Source: Octopus vulgaris
Taxonomy: Eukaryota
Reading direction: 5' to 3'
Assembly (NCBI GenBank): GCA_951406725.2
Contig: OX597819.1
Span: 76,942,001-77,006,000 of the forward strand
Length of the DNA: 64,000 nucleotides
Notes under the pieces: generated by a model
Databases searched by the model: none
Told to the model about the DNA's origin: nothing
The model's input: only the letters and a program-made list of their open reading frames with translations
Program-made: the position numbers and the translations under genes
Shown: positions 20,886 through 35,270 of the stretch, in pieces
How the letters are laid out: every line of letters starts with the position of its first letter
Position numbering within the stretch: position 1 is the first letter of the stretch

Positions 20886-22539
20886 TAACTCGTCAAGAAA
20901 AAGTAAGTATTGATGCTGTAAGGCTGTGCACCAGCATGGCCACAGTCCAGCCACTTAAACCAGTAAAAGGAATTTTAAAAAATCAGAATAAGTAGATATA
21001 TCTCAGACCAGACGAAACTACTATTGATATCGTAAGCATTTTACTAAAATTACATCAAAGTTTGCCCATCATGAATCTGTCATGTTCAAAATGAATTTTC
21101 ATGACAAGAATATGCAAACAGTAATTAGGAAAGCAGTTATCATCTGCAGAAAATCTGTCTGTTTAGTTTTTTCCTGTTAGTGATTAATCAGTGCCCTCAA
21201 GAGAACTCCAGGCTCTGTTCCTTACAAACATTCAAAATCAAAGCTTGTATGATCTTATTTAAGTGACTTTGTTGTTTAGCTCTAGGTCAGCTTCTATCAA
21301 GCAGACTCTGAGACGTTCCAGCTGTTAATATCTGTCCTTCTGCAGAATAACATATTTTGCATAATGTAATGAAATTTTTCTTTCTTTTTATTTTTCTTCT
21401 TTCTTTCCAACATGGTGCAGTATGATTTGAGAGATTTAGTTATTAGTTCTAGCAGATGAGGGGTGGGGGTGGGGGGGTGACCATCTGGTGTCACTTATTG
21501 GGTCCGTAGCTGAATGTATATCTTTTTCACACTGGTGTGGAACTGAAGACTTAGAGCATGGTATATGAATTAGTGAAGTTCATTCTTTTCATAGGTCGTG
21601 GCTGTCAGTAGGAAAAAAAAAATCAGTTTATAAGGGAAATATCTAAGTTACATTTGAATGCTTCTTATTTTTCTCCCCCCCCCCTCTCTATCACACACAC
21701 ACAGAACAAAATTAAGACAATGTTTTTAAATATCAAGATGTCAGAAATTCAAAATTTAAAAACAGATGGTCAGACCTAGTTATATCATTATTTCAGCTTG
21801 ACATAGAAAGGAAATGTACTATTTCTAAAATCAGATCAAATCTATATTATCATTCTGCTTGTCATATGTGCTTGTATGTTACATTTTCAGAAGGAAATAA
21901 CTTTTTTTATTATTTGTAAGATTCATAGACTGATAAACAAATGCTTAAAAGTTTATGTGTGCTATATATACATGTCATCATCATCATCATCATTGCTTAA
22001 CATCCACCTTCCATGCCAGCATAGGTTAGATGGTTTGACAGGATCTGGCCAGGTAGAAGACTACACCAAGCTCTTGTGTCTGTTTTGGCATGATTTTTAA
22101 AGCTGGATACCCTTCCTAACATCTGCCACCTCACAGTTATATATATCTACATCTATATATATATATATGATATAGATATTTTAGAATCCATTACTGAGTA
22201 GGAAGGGGTAGGGGAGAACTTCATTCACTAGGACTATGGATTCAAGTTCAGTCTTATGTTGATATTTATCTGATATGAAATTAAGGATGTAGTACAGTAA
22301 TTCGCGATTTTTTTAGAGCATTAACATACACCATATTTTTTTGCCAACAATTTTATGTATCTCTTTCTAGAGCCTGACAATAAGGAATGAAATGATTGAT
22401 AAAACCCTTTCCAAGTAGAAGCAGTGTCAAGTGTATGACAACAAATGTAGTTTACTGAGATATTCTTTCATAACACTTCACATTGCCTCAAGTCAAATGT
22501 TTCAGAAAACAATACAATTTCCAAAGACATTGTGTCGCT

Positions 22540-22709
22540 CAGGTGTGGCTGTGTAGTAAGAAGCTTGCTTCCTCACCACATGGTTCTGGGTTCAAGCCCA
22601 CTGTGTAGCTCATTGGTCAAGTGTCTTCTGCTATAACCCCATGCTAGCCAAAGCCTTCAGAGTGGATTTGATTGATGGAAACTGAAAGAAGCCCATTGTG
22701 TGTGTGTGC

Positions 22710-22746
<37 letters not shown>

Positions 22747-22985
22747 GTGCTGTTTCCTTACCTTGACATCGCATAATAGTTGTAAATGAATGTCTTCTTC
22801 ATACGAGTGTACTTAATTTGCAATCTTATATGAAAATGTCTGGTCATGGAAAAATGTTATTTTTATTCAAAACAAGTGAGGTTTGTTGACAGGAAGGGCA
22901 TCTGGCTGCAGAAAAACCTGCTTCAACAAATTCCATCTGACTGTGTAAACATGGAAAAGAGGATGTTTAAATGATGATGATGATT
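22540..22985 (+). mobile_element. SINE family A head with RTE-type tail (subfamily A2)
   Basis: Same tRNA/CORE head as family A, but the tail is gacaggaagggcatctggctgcagaaaa...atggaaaagaggatgtttaa(atg)n. Similar copies at 24805-25210, 37163-37330 and 61140-61400. Confidence 0.8.
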
Positions 22986-24804
22986 TTATTTTTATAAACT
23001 TCAAAGAATCTTGTAGTCTTCTACATTCTATGGTTATAACAATGAATTCCTTTATTGGATTGGCAGAATTATTAGAACATTGAACAAATGTATTCTGGTA
23101 TTTAGTTGTGGTCCTTTACATCCTGAGTTCAAATTACACCTAGCTACTTTGCTTTTCAATCTTTTAAGCTCAGTAAAATACTGGAGGTAGTGGAATCATT
23201 CTAATTGACTATCCCTCCTTTTAGCACTGTCCTTGTGTCTAGATTAGAGACATTATTTTGCATTAATTTTGGTAATGTTTTGACTAAATTGCATTCACAA
23301 ATTTTGAACTTAAACAATAGAAACTTGAGCCATTTCTATTGAATTAAATTTGTTTTGTTTGGATTTGGTTAATATTGACAAAGTAATGATTTTGTGTTGC
23401 TGAATTTACTTTTAAAAGTTTTTGTATTTTTTGTATTCCGTAATTGTGTGTGAAGATAAGAACTATTTAAAAGTTGTAAATTGGAATTGTTTTCCTTATC
23501 TAAGTTGCCTGCTTTCAGAATTAGTCATCTGATTAATGTTGAAGTTTTTTTCTTCATTTTACTTCATTAGGAAATTTTTATGAATAACGATGATGGTGTG
23601 TGTGTGTGTGCATGTGTGCGCATCTCTGAATACTGAATATTTTGTCTATGTTGATCTAAATATTGAAAGGAGATACATCTGTGCTGTTCTTTGCATAAGA
23701 AACTGAGTTCTTTTGGCTTTTATAATAAGCTGAGTACAAAAGCAAGAACTGAATAGCTTAGGTCAAAAGATAGATTGAATTGTTAAAAGCTTATCAGGAG
23801 ATGCAAGCTGTTGTTTTGTGAGCTTTGTACATGATTCAAAGCCTTTGTAAGTACTGTAATGGAAGCTGTATGAAGGTGCAGGCCCTGGTAAAGTAAAACA
23901 CAGGTACAAATCTGGGTGGTAGTTTTGAAATATATGAACAAGACCTTCAAAACTGCCGTGGGTCAAACATGTGTTGATCGGTTTAGAAAAGTATGTAACA
24001 GCTTGTATGTGACAGCTGATTTTATCATTTGGTTTCATGTTTAAACTTCATTTTTGCTTAAAGCAAATGTTTCACCCTAACAATTCCTATATAAACTAGG
24101 TGACAGGTGACTTGACAGCGAAACTGCATAAATGACCAGATCATCAATGTACAACATTTTTAAAACTCTTGATGGTCTCTGTGCTTAAAGTCTGATACTA
24201 ATGGTCTAAAAATTTACTGTAAGTACAAATAGATAAAAGAAAAATACAGTGTTTGTTATAAATTGATTAGCAATTGGTAAACAGAAAACAAATTACTCTA
24301 ACCACAAAGTAGAAGATTATTAGATTGTTTAACTCTTTCAAGTTTATGCCAGCTGGTGGCATTGATTCAGACCTGTCAGATGCAAATGTTAAAAATCTTG
24401 TTGAATTAATTAACAAGTTTTCAAAAACTCACTTCATGGCATTTATAACAAACTTTGCTGTCTATAATTTTGTTAAGAATTCACAGTTCTAGAATGCATT
24501 TTTAAAGATCTTTGTGTATAATTCTTTCAAGTGTAAATCATTATTTTCAATATCTTATTAGGAATAAAGCCTGGTGATTGTACTGTGGATTGAATGGGGG
24601 TTTTTTGGGGGGGGTTTTTTTGTTGTTGTTTTGTATCTTTATAGAACTTCTTTGAGTCATCTCCTGATGAGCTCACAAATACCTCCAAGTTGGTACTACC
24701 ACTTTGGTTAAGATCTTTTGCCTTAAATGCACAAGAGTAAATGTTTACACACTGCCATCAGTTGTTTAGCTCCAAGTTAATTGCAATTAAGCCTATCTTT
24801 TCTT

Positions 24805-25210
24805 TCTGTGTGGTTCAGAAGCTTGCTTCCCAACCATGTGGTCTTAGGTTTGGTCCCACTGCACAGCATTTTGGGTAAGTGTCTTCTTTTGTGGCCTTAG
24901 GCTGACCCCAATCCTTGTGAGTGGATTTGGTAGATGGAAACTGAAAGAAGCCCGTATTGTGTGTGTGTGTGTCTGTGTGTTTATGTGTGTTTTTACCCTT
25001 GTCTTGACATCACATGATGATTGTAATCAAGAACCACCATCATACAAGCAATGTCATTCATTTCCAGTCTTCCATGAAAAACATGTCTGGCCATAGGGAA
25101 ATATTACCTTACTTGGAAGCAGGTGAGGATTGGTGACCAGAAGGACTGCCTTGTCTAATTCATGCAAGTATGGGAAAGTGGTCTTTAAATTATGAGGATA
25201 AGGATTATGA
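24805..25210 (+). mobile_element. SINE subfamily A2
   Basis: Matches 22540-22985 along its length. Confidence 0.8.
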
Positions 25211-25284
25211 GGTTGGCTACCATGTTTGGATGTGATACATATTCCATTAGTTATAGAATTTGCATGGCATTATTTGATTGCCAT

Positions 25285-25498
25285 AAGGTGGCAATCTGGC
25301 TGAATCATTAGCACACTGAACAAAATGCTTTGTGGTATTTCACCTATTGCTATGTTTTGAGTTCAAATTCCACCAAGGTTGACATTGCCTTTCATCCTTT
25401 TGGAGTCAATAAATTAAGTACCAGTGAAACACTGGGGTTGATGTAATCGACTATCCCCCCCCTCCTAAATTTCAGGCCATATGCCTACAGTAGAAAGG
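25285..25498 (+). mobile_element. SINE family B with 16-bp TSD
   Basis: TSD attatttgattgccat at 25269-25284 and 25499-25514. Confidence 0.88.
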
Positions 25499-25533
25499 AT
25501 TATTTGATTGCCATGTCTTTCAAAGATAATAAT

Positions 25534-25724
25534 CTTTTCTATTATAGGCACAAGGCTTGAAATTTGTAGGGTGGAGACTAGTTAATTTTATCGGCCCCAG
25601 CGACCTCAAAAGGATGAAAGGCAAAGTGGATGTTGGCAGAATTGAAAACTCAGAACACAGCAATGGTCAAAATACCGCTAAGCATTTTATCCAGCGTGCT
25701 AATGATTCTGCCAGCTCACTGCCT
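25534..25724 (-). mobile_element. SINE family B, tail-to-tail with the previous copy
   Basis: Near-TSD tttcaaagataataat / tttcaaggctaataat; head ctgccagctcactgcc. Confidence 0.85.
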
Positions 25725-26363
25725 TTTCAAGGCTAATAATACCCAGAGTTGCTGCTTTTCACTGGAACAATGTAGGCATTAGGATTTACATTCTTATTTA
25801 CTGCCTTTTAAGCACAGCACAGTGAAAATTTGTTTGAAGCTTAGGAGACATCAGTTTGGTTCATAAAATTGACCCCAGTAGTTAACTGGTACTGTGTCCT
25901 ACAATCAAACGCTGTCAGGAGCATCTAGCATTACATCAACTAATGTGTCCATCCACTTTTTAAAGATCACATGTAATTTGAGGGAGATTTGGTTGCTTTT
26001 TCTTGCAGACCAAATGATTGTGTAGAGTATCTCTTGCTATTTAATTTCATAGAAGGGTTCACTAGACATGAAAAGACTATGCTAAATGCATAAGAATGGA
26101 TGCAACATTTCACTACCTTAAGTGGTCAGTATGTTTTATATTTAAGTGTAGAATCATTTCTTGTCTATTTAGCCATTAGTAAGAATTAGCAAGACAGAAA
26201 ATCCATTTTAATTTCTTTGAAAATTTATTCATTTGTTTATATTGATGAATAAATTTAAAACTTAGAATCCAGTTAAAGAAATCTGCAAAATGGAAAACGT
26301 TTTGCATGAAGGTCTTTGATGTATTTTTGCTTTGTGAAACTGCAAAAGCCATACAGGCATGCA

Positions 26364-26431
<68 letters not shown>

Positions 26432-28937
26432 TGTGTCAACATAGTGTTTAAGGAAGATGCTTTGAAGGAATTTAAAAGCTATTATGTTCGTATTGTTTCT
26501 ATCATAAGAACGTACAAATGATAACTGTTTCATTCTTTTCTTTTGTCTTAAGTTGAAAACTGGAGATTTAAAGTAATTCTGAAATATATGTTATTTTAGA
26601 CCATAAATAGAATATTAATTTTACCACTTATGTCTTTTCGTGTTAAGTAAGAAAAGAAAAGAAAACTTCAAAATAACTATGAAACTACTTTTCCTATTCT
26701 TATTTTCCTTTAGGGAAGCTAACCATAATTTTCCTTTTGCCTTGCTTTTCTATGAATCTCTATTCCACTTTTCAATTATCCATTTTTAGTGAGCAATCAG
26801 CTTTGTCTTTACATTCTTCACAAGAAATCTTTAAGAATAAAGTTTGAAGTAGGTCTTTTTAAAACACTTATACCAAGGCTAAATTTTTTTATTGAGTTAT
26901 GTATATATTTATATATTTTTTGTCATTGTCATCATCATCATCAGTATACATTCACCATGAGTTGGATGAGTTTTCTAAGACTGTGTTTTGCAGTTGGGTG
27001 CCTTTCCTGTTGCTAAACCTCTTAGTGCCCTCTTACAACACACAAGAGTATGGTTTATTTATTGTTTATCCACTTACTATTATTAGGTTGTTGGGGAGCA
27101 GTGAACTGGTAGAAATGTTAGCATGTTGGACAAAATTCTTTGTGGCGTTTCTTCTAGCTCTTTGTTTTAAGTTCAAATTCTGTTTGGGAACCACTGTTCT
27201 CCATTATATAAACACCATTATATAAATTTTATATAATTCTGTTCTTGTCTTGTCTCTATATGATGGCAGTGGTTGGATGGTTGTTTTGTAATAGCTTTTA
27301 AGTAGAGATTGTGAATAACAATGTAATCTGGAAGATGGCTGTCTTCAGTTAAATATTACATAGTGGTGATGTGGGGAGAAGTATCAACTTGTGAAATTTA
27401 TATAGATTATTTTGCTGATAAAATTATTCACTAAATCTTGAAGGGAGTAAACAACATATGAATTAACTGCTGCCAGGGAATCTTTCAAGAAATGCTTCAT
27501 ATTAAACAAAGATAAATAAATGAATATATAAATAAATAAGAATGGTTATTAATTAGAAATAGAAATAATTATATCATTATTTTTCAAATTAGATATCATT
27601 TTTGTTGTTGTTGTTGTTAAAACAAATGTCTTAAATTGTTGCATACTGATTAAGTTTGCAATCTTGCTATGCAATTGGGGGTTGCAGTCGCATGAGCAGT
27701 GTCATTAGCTTCTGTTTTATTGCTTCAAGGATATATTTATTTATTGATTTTTGTTAGTTTTTGTGTTGAGACTGTTGTATGAATAAGCAGGTAGCATTAT
27801 GAGTAAATATGTGTCATATGAAGAATATGCATGCAAAACCATTTCTGTCAGCAAAACAAATAATTTGGCAATATTGAACAATAGGCACAGGCATGGTTGT
27901 GTGTTTAGGAAGCTCGCTTTGAAAACACATGATTTCAGGTTCAGCCCTACAGCACAGCGCCTTGGGCAAGTGTCTTCTGCTGTTGCCTTAAGTTGACCAA
28001 TGCTTTTCAAAAATTCAGAAAATGGAGATGTAGCATTAATATAATTTATTAACTGCAAAACTCCAACATATTCTCTTACAGCTGTTTCAATTTTGTTTAA
28101 AGATTAAATTACAATAAGTAAATCTTTGTATTAGGCAAAATCTCATCAGAGGGGCAAAAAAGATATACTGTTAGCTTATTAGGTGTTGTTTTGGAATATT
28201 TATTAAACCAAGATTTATATTTAGACCTATTATTTTATGAATATCACTATTCATAAAAAATACTACACAATGAACCAGTAATTCATTGGATATTTCTATT
28301 CCTTAATGGGGCTATTTTAACCTTTAATTAAGTTTTAAATATATGTATATATATATATATATTTAATTATGAAAGTGGCTATACACAATATGAAACCAAA
28401 AAGGAATAATTCGATATATATATATATTCATTTGTGTGTCTCCCACCACTGCTTGACAATAGGTGTTGATTTGTTTACATCCCCATAGCTTAGCAGTTCA
28501 GCAAAAGAAACCAATAGAGTAAGTACTAAAGTTGGAAAAAAAAAAGCACTGTGGTCAGTCTATCTGACTAAGCCCTTCAGGTCAGTGCCCCAACATGATT
28601 GCAGTCCAGTGACTGAAACAAGTACAAGAAGATACTGTTTTTTTCTCATTTCTTTTCTTTGGTATTCCAGTATGTTGGGTTTTTTTTTCTGTGTTGGCTA
28701 AATGAATCAACGAAATTATCTAAAGAAAAATCTTAACAATCCTTTTTTTTTTTGTCATTTCTGTTAAATATGTAATTTGTAATGCACTTGTAACTCAGCA
28801 ACCAAATCTTTCAATAAATCTCTCCTATGATTAAATGTGCTAGAACCATATGCTTCAAGTTGACATCGTGTCGAATGCTGAAGGGACGCATTCAGGAAGG
28901 ACATTGAACTAACAATGTGAACTTGTAGTCAGCTTAA

Positions 28938-29102
28938 CCCTTTAGCATTCAGATTGCTCTGTCAGCGTAATGCTTATTTATTCACATTGTTTTGAATTAA
29001 TCATGCATTATCTCATAGCTTTAAAATATCAGTGATGTGATTATTCATTTTTGAGAATGACATTTTAGGGTCAGTGTAAGAGGCAGTTTAAATGCTAAAG
29101 TG
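28938..29102. mobile_element. piggyBac-type MITE (family 2)
   Basis: TTAA-ccctttagcatt ... aatgctaaagtg-TTAA; the body is similar to 13070-13299. Confidence 0.8.
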
Positions 29103-29118
29103 TTAAGGTATTTTTTTT

Positions 29119-29500
29119 TTTTACTTGTTTCAGTCATTTGACTGCGGCCATGCTGGAGCACCGCTTTTACTCAAGCAAATCGACCCCGAGACTCATTCTT
29201 TGTAAGCCCAGTACTTATTCTATCGGTCTCTTTTGCCGAACCGCTATGTGACGGGGACGTAAACACACCAGCATCAGTTGTCAAGCAATGCTAGGGGGAC
29301 AAACACATACATATATATATATATATATACATATATACGACAGGGCTTCTTTCAGTTTCCGTCTACCAAATCCACTCACTAGGCATTGGTCGGCCCAAGG
29401 CTATAGCAGAAGACACTTGTCCAAGATGCCACACAGTGGAACTGAACCCGGAACCATGTGGTTGATAAGCAAGCTACTTACCACACAGTCACTCCTGCGC
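29119..29500 (-). mobile_element. SINE family A, young full-length copy
   Basis: CpGs are retained, and the head (gcgcaggagtgactgtgtggtaagtagcttgc) and tail are complete. Confidence 0.9.
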
Positions 29501-29669
29501 TATGCAGATGTAGTTTTTTTTTTTTTTTTGAGAGAGAGATTGTTGAGTCCTCAGCCTGTTTACTAGTTTATACAGATTTGTCACAGTCTTGCTAAGTTTT
29601 ATAAATTCAAATCCTCCTTTGATGTATATTGCACTACCTGCATATAATTTAGAAGCTTTGCACTGTTTT

Positions 29670-30065
29670 TTGCTTCCTCTCTCACTCTCTCTTTTCTTTC
29701 TCTTTTATCTTTCATTCTTCCTTTCCCTCTCTCTCTCCCTCTCTCATTTGACATTCCTTTTCTCCTCTTTCTTTCTCTTTTGTCTTTTTTTTCATGCTTT
29801 TCTCTCTCACAATATTTTTCTGTTACCTTTCCCTTTGTCTCACATTTTCATTTTAATCCCCCCCTCTCTCGCTTTCTCTCTTACTCTGTCTCTCTGTCTT
29901 AACATCTCTTTTCAGTTTTCTCTTTTCTTTAAATCTTTCCTTTCACCTCTCTCTCTCTCCTTTTCTTTCATCCCTATCTCTGTCTGTCTATCTATCCATC
30001 TATCATGTCTCTCATTCATCTTCCTTTTCACCTATCACTCTCTCTCTCTCTCATTTTCTTGTTTC
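29670..30065. repeat. Polypyrimidine / (CT)n low-complexity tract
   Basis: Seen directly; it explains ORF 29589..30083. Confidence 0.9.
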
Positions 30066-32329
30066 TTACTACTTAGAACATAATCATAATTAACATAGCA
30101 CACCACCACCACCACAACCCTCTATCGCTGCTGCTGCTACTACTACTATTACTTCATGTTTTGATCTCAGAAAGTTGGGAATGTTTTGGCAACCAAGAGT
30201 TTTTGATTCAATCCTAAAGTTGAGTTTATGGCAGGTGTATGGCTGAATCACAAGAACACCGAATACAACACTCTGAAGTATTTACTCACACTCATTTTTC
30301 TTTACTTTCTGAGTTCAAATCCCTCAAGTCTAATTGCCTTCTCAAGTAGACCGGATTGTGTCCACTATGAAAGATAAATTAAACCTATCCAGGTTGATAA
30401 AATAAGTACCAGTCAATAAATGAATTACCAGTAAAATACTGGGAATTGATCCCACCACACTTCCCAGCACCTCTCCCGCAATTCGTTTATGGAGAGATGA
30501 GCAAGAAGCTAGAGAGCTTTTCTCTTGGAAAAACTTATTTGCTTCTAGAATTGTTCAGAAGTGAACCAATGTAAAAGCTGTACAGTACAGAGTGAAAATA
30601 AAATAAAATAATCTATGAAATATATAGAAATATGATTTATTTTTGCTTTCTGTTTCTCTAGTTGTTCACAAAGTATGTATTTTAATATGACAAAAATGAA
30701 AATTGGTCTTTCTGAATTGATGAGAATCTGTTATTAGATTATTGAAAGTAATATTTTAGTGTTTAAATTTCCTGGCAAAATTCAAGTTAATAATGTCGTT
30801 TATGAAATTTCACACAATTTTACAAAATAATATGAAGTTTAAAATAATTGCAGCAGCTGACAGGGAAGTTTAATTTCATGTTGTTATTTTATTTTGTACA
30901 ATTCCTTCTGAAGGGACTATTGTCTAAAAGTCAATTGTAAGCTGCAGCTAGTCATTAAATGGTTCTTTGCGTCTATTGTACATGTTTATTTCTTGCTTTC
31001 TGTTTTTTTTTTCAATAAATAAATAATTATAACTAAATTCATATCTTCAAGTGGGCAAAACTTTTTCTCTTGTCTAAAATTGTGTAGAAAGAAATATTAT
31101 GCTAGAACTAATCATGTCATTTTGTTTTTCTCTCTCTTCTATGCATTTAGCATGTATTAATTCTTTGTTATAAAATTTGATTGAGTTATTACTTTTGTCC
31201 ATCTGTTTATCTTCAATATTTCATCGTTGCTTGATTTGCATTATTTTTTTGCTGCTGCTGCAAAAGACACATTTTCATTAACATCCTAGGACAGATGTTT
31301 CCTGTTTTACATTTACAAATAATCATCTGCAAGGTTTTCGGAGTTCTTGAGTTTCGTTTGTTAATGTTTCATCTCAGAACCAGAACCATAAAGCAGTTTT
31401 AAATCAATAATGTACTTTGCGTGCATCTTATGAAGCACCTTCTCTTTTCTTTTCTTATTGTTTCCAATATAGTTTCCTTTATTCCATTGAATGAGAAATA
31501 CTTTCTTTAATTTTAAATTATTATTTCCTTCTCATACTGACAGAAATTATTATATGCATACACAATATATTTATATATACCATATATATATATATATATA
31601 TACACACACATATATGTAAAAACATATATGTAAAATAGCTAGATTCTTATTTATTTGAAATCATAAAACAATATTTTACATAAAATATATTTCTTAGTTA
31701 AATTGCCATTGTATTGTTATCATTTTGTGTTTGATTTTCTTGTCAATTGAAATGTAAAATCAAAGACATATTTACTAGATATAAAATTTCTAATTCAATT
31801 AGGTTTTAAGTTCAAAAGTACATTTTTATATGTTAAGTTCTTTTCTTCCTACCAATTACCAATATGCAAATGAAATTTCTGTTGGCAGTATAGTTATCGT
31901 ATCTAACACACTCGACACACTCATGTAGATGTAGCTTATCACAGGATGTAGATAACAACTGAATATATGAAGTTGTACAATTCCCAATAAGTTTTCCTTG
32001 GTAGTCTTGAAGTATATTATAGCTACAGTTTCATGTGTGTGTACAACACACACACACACACACACACACATTTAGGTTTGTAAATGGGAGAAAGAGAATT
32101 CAACTTATTTGAGTAAATATGAATTAATGTTATTTTTTTGTAGCTGGAAACACTTTAGAAGTTATTCAAGTTTATCATCATCATTCAATATTTATTTATC
32201 CATACTGACATGGGTTGGATTGGTTTATATAGTCTATGTTATCTTGCATTCACAGCACAAGAAAAAACATCAGACACAGAAAGGATAGAAACTGAAAGTA
32301 AGAAATTCTAGACAATGAGACAGTTAGAG

Positions 32330-32990
32330 GCATGAGGTGATCTGGATTGCAATGCAGTGTCAATCTGAATCAAAACACCATTGGCAAGAAGTGTGTACGT
32401 AACGATAGCAATGCACTGACTCTCACTGATAATGAGAAGAAAGAGGCATTGAAATACCATTATGAGAAGCTGCTGAATGAGGAGAATGCAGAGGGTAATG
32501 AGTTTTTCTCTTGAAGTAGACCCAAGAAAAAAAAATCAGCTATTGAAGTTAATGGTTTCAAAGTTGAAAGCCTAATTAAAGATATGAAGTCAGGGAAAGC
32601 AGCTGAAATTTCAGAGATAGTTGGTGTGATGCTGAAAATATGCACTGAAGTAGAATACTGCTACTAGTCGCATGCATAGTCAATTGGGTAGTACAGGGAG
32701 GTGTCATACTTAATCACTTGTGTAGCTGTAATCATCATCAGCTGGTACATGGACAAAAAAGGTGCTCTAGTGAGTGTGTAAGCGAAGAATCAGGTAACAA
32801 GTATAAGAGACTGTACTAGTAGAGATGTGTGATGCATATGTCAGATGACAGTTGCACAGAGGAGTGCCAAATGGTCCAAATGGAAGGAACCTGTGTTAAA
32901 GACAAGGGAAGAATTAATGAAAGCCAATCTTAAGAGGTTGAATGTCAACAATAAAGGACTGCAATAAATGATGTGGCACTGCGCTTGACA
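32330..32990 (+). pseudogene. Decayed RTE-clade LINE fragment
   Basis: Translates IGKKCVRNDSNALTLTDNEKKEALKYHYEKLLNEEN and IKDMKSGKAA..MLK, typical of the RTE pre-RT region; stops and deletions are present. Confidence 0.7.
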
Positions 32991-34091
32991 AAACCCATTG
33001 TACCCTTACAGACATGGGGAAGTGGATGTAAAAAAGTTGGTACTATATAAAATGATGTAAAATAGGTCATTTTGTGTGTGTGTGTGTGTGAATAAGAGTA
33101 AGAGATTCAATTGTATTTTGCTGAGTTACTAAATTTCATGTTGAGTATAAAGCAGTACATAGATTTTGTTTTTCATTTCTCAAATTGGAAATTCTTCAAA
33201 AAGTATATATGTTAAGGTTTCAGGCTCTGCGCAAAGTAGAAATATCAAAAATGCTTCTTTTCGAGGTTAGCAGATTTTATTTCTAACTATTTGTTTATAT
33301 GAAAGCAATGAAGCCTGCTTATCAAAATAAGCTTGTGCCAAAATATCTTGTAAGTTTTCCAAAAGATATGCTTGTGATAACTATGAAACAGTTATTTAAT
33401 AAGTTAGTTTTAGAATAGAAACATAATCTGGCACAACCTTATTAACTATATGCAACATTGCTCAGAGTCTCTCTTCTAAATATGTTTCTTTCTGTTGCTG
33501 CTTAACGTGTTTCTTCTTCTTCTTGTTGCTAGTTTTGGTTTCACTTACATTTTCTCTTACAGGAGTATTATTTCTGTCTCTTCATGATCCTTCACTAGAA
33601 TTTTGATAATATCACATAAGCATTTCTGGCTGTTTTCCAACCATATTCTGTGTCACATTCCACTAAGCAATGCCAATAGTATTAAAAAAAAAAACTGTTG
33701 AACTTAATTTAAATGTAATTTAAAATAACGTTTTATTTTTTCTGAAGTTCTCTTATTTGTTTTATTAGCAGCCTTAGGATTCGTTTTTCCTTTATTCTGT
33801 TCCAGCCCTCAAAGTTAAGAAATTCTTATTTGGTAATGGTTATAATTACAGCAATGATTTTGTTACTTAGAACATTGGTTTCTTAGAAAGTCAAAGATTT
33901 AATATTTTTCAAGATTACAGAAAGAAGTCATATTTATGCTTTTCAGAGGGTTTTAAACATGAAGTAAAGTAAATGAACACATGTGGTGATGAAATTCAAG
34001 TTGTAAATCTAACTGATAAATTCAACTTTATGACACTTGAGATAATTCACAATCTGAATCTTTTAATTCTACCTTAATTATCTCCATTTAA

Positions 34092-34287
34092 CTCTTCAGC
34101 TTCAGACAGCCTCTGGCTCTAGACACAAACTTTCTACTCTAGAATGATGTAAATTAAAACCTTTCATCAAAATTTAATGCTAATTTATACTCCAAGCATC
34201 AACTGATTAATGACAGTTATTTCACTAATTTTGAAATTAATTGAAATGAAGGTAGTGTATTTCATTAGGAATATGGTAATGAAAGGG
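34092..34287. mobile_element. piggyBac-type MITE (family 1), decayed
   Basis: TTAA flanks; the 3' end aatatggtaatgaaaggg-TTAA and the body match 2649-2877. Confidence 0.65.
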
Positions 34288-34879
34288 TTAAGCAGCATAA
34301 AAGCTCTATATACCTGCTGAATGTAAAAATTATCATATTTAATGCTATTCAAGAAGGAATATTCTATTATGGTGCCATCTATCTACCCCAAGAGACTTAA
34401 TCTATATTTTGATGTAGGCACGTTTGTTTAGCTAATTTTACTGTTTTGTTATTTTTTAAGAATTTGAATATAAAATTTTATCACTTTTCATTTAATGAAT
34501 GCCAAAACTTCAGCTGTTTCTTTGAGTTTAAATAATCATGAAATATCTGTAGTGTTTCTTTTCATATCTCTGTTGTTTAGAAATCTTAAACAAAATAAAT
34601 TAAAATGGCTGGTTAATGAAAACACATTGCCAAAACAACTTTAGATGATGAGACCACACGAGGAGTATTAAAATATAATTTGATGATCTCTTTCGCCAAG
34701 AAGCAAATCTTGTTATCTTGAATTTATTGTCCCACCCCATCAAAAAGGTTTTTTTTATCAAGTCTGCTCTTAATTTGATTGCCTCCCTATCTTAAATTCA
34801 CTTACTGCTTCTGGTAACTCATTCTATTTATATATTTGTTTCTGAATTTTTTTTTTTATAGTGATACCTGTAATAAATT

Positions 34880-35270
34880 ACAGGCATGGTCATGTGGTTA
34901 AGAAGTTTACTTTGAAACCATATGATTTTGGGTTCAGTTTCTTTGCATGGCACTTTGAGCAAGTGTTTTCTAAATGCCTTGAATATTCCAAGTGCTTTGG
35001 ACAGACCAGTAAATTCATAGATGAAAACTGAGGATGCTTGTCATATATGTGTGTGTTCATACATCATTGTATTTATGTTAGTCTTTTGCTTCTTGGCAAC
35101 CAGTGCTTATTTGTTTATATCCCCATAACCTGGCAATTTTACAAAAAGAGAGTGATAAAATATGAGACTTTGAGAATAAGTACTTGGGTCAATGTAATTG
35201 ACTTCAACCATTCAAGGCCTGTACCATAGCATGGCTTTAGTCCAGTGACTGAAACTAGTAAAAGACTAAG
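34880..35270 (+). mobile_element. SINE family A, diverged
   Basis: Head caggcatggtcatgtggttaagaag; tail gtccagtgactgaaactagtaaaag. Confidence 0.7.

Noticed and set aside
30662-30672. 11-nt micro-exon (tctag|ttgttcacaaa|gtatgt)
   Set aside because: It is frame-shifting, and such signals arise by chance in T-rich DNA; there is no support without RNA data.
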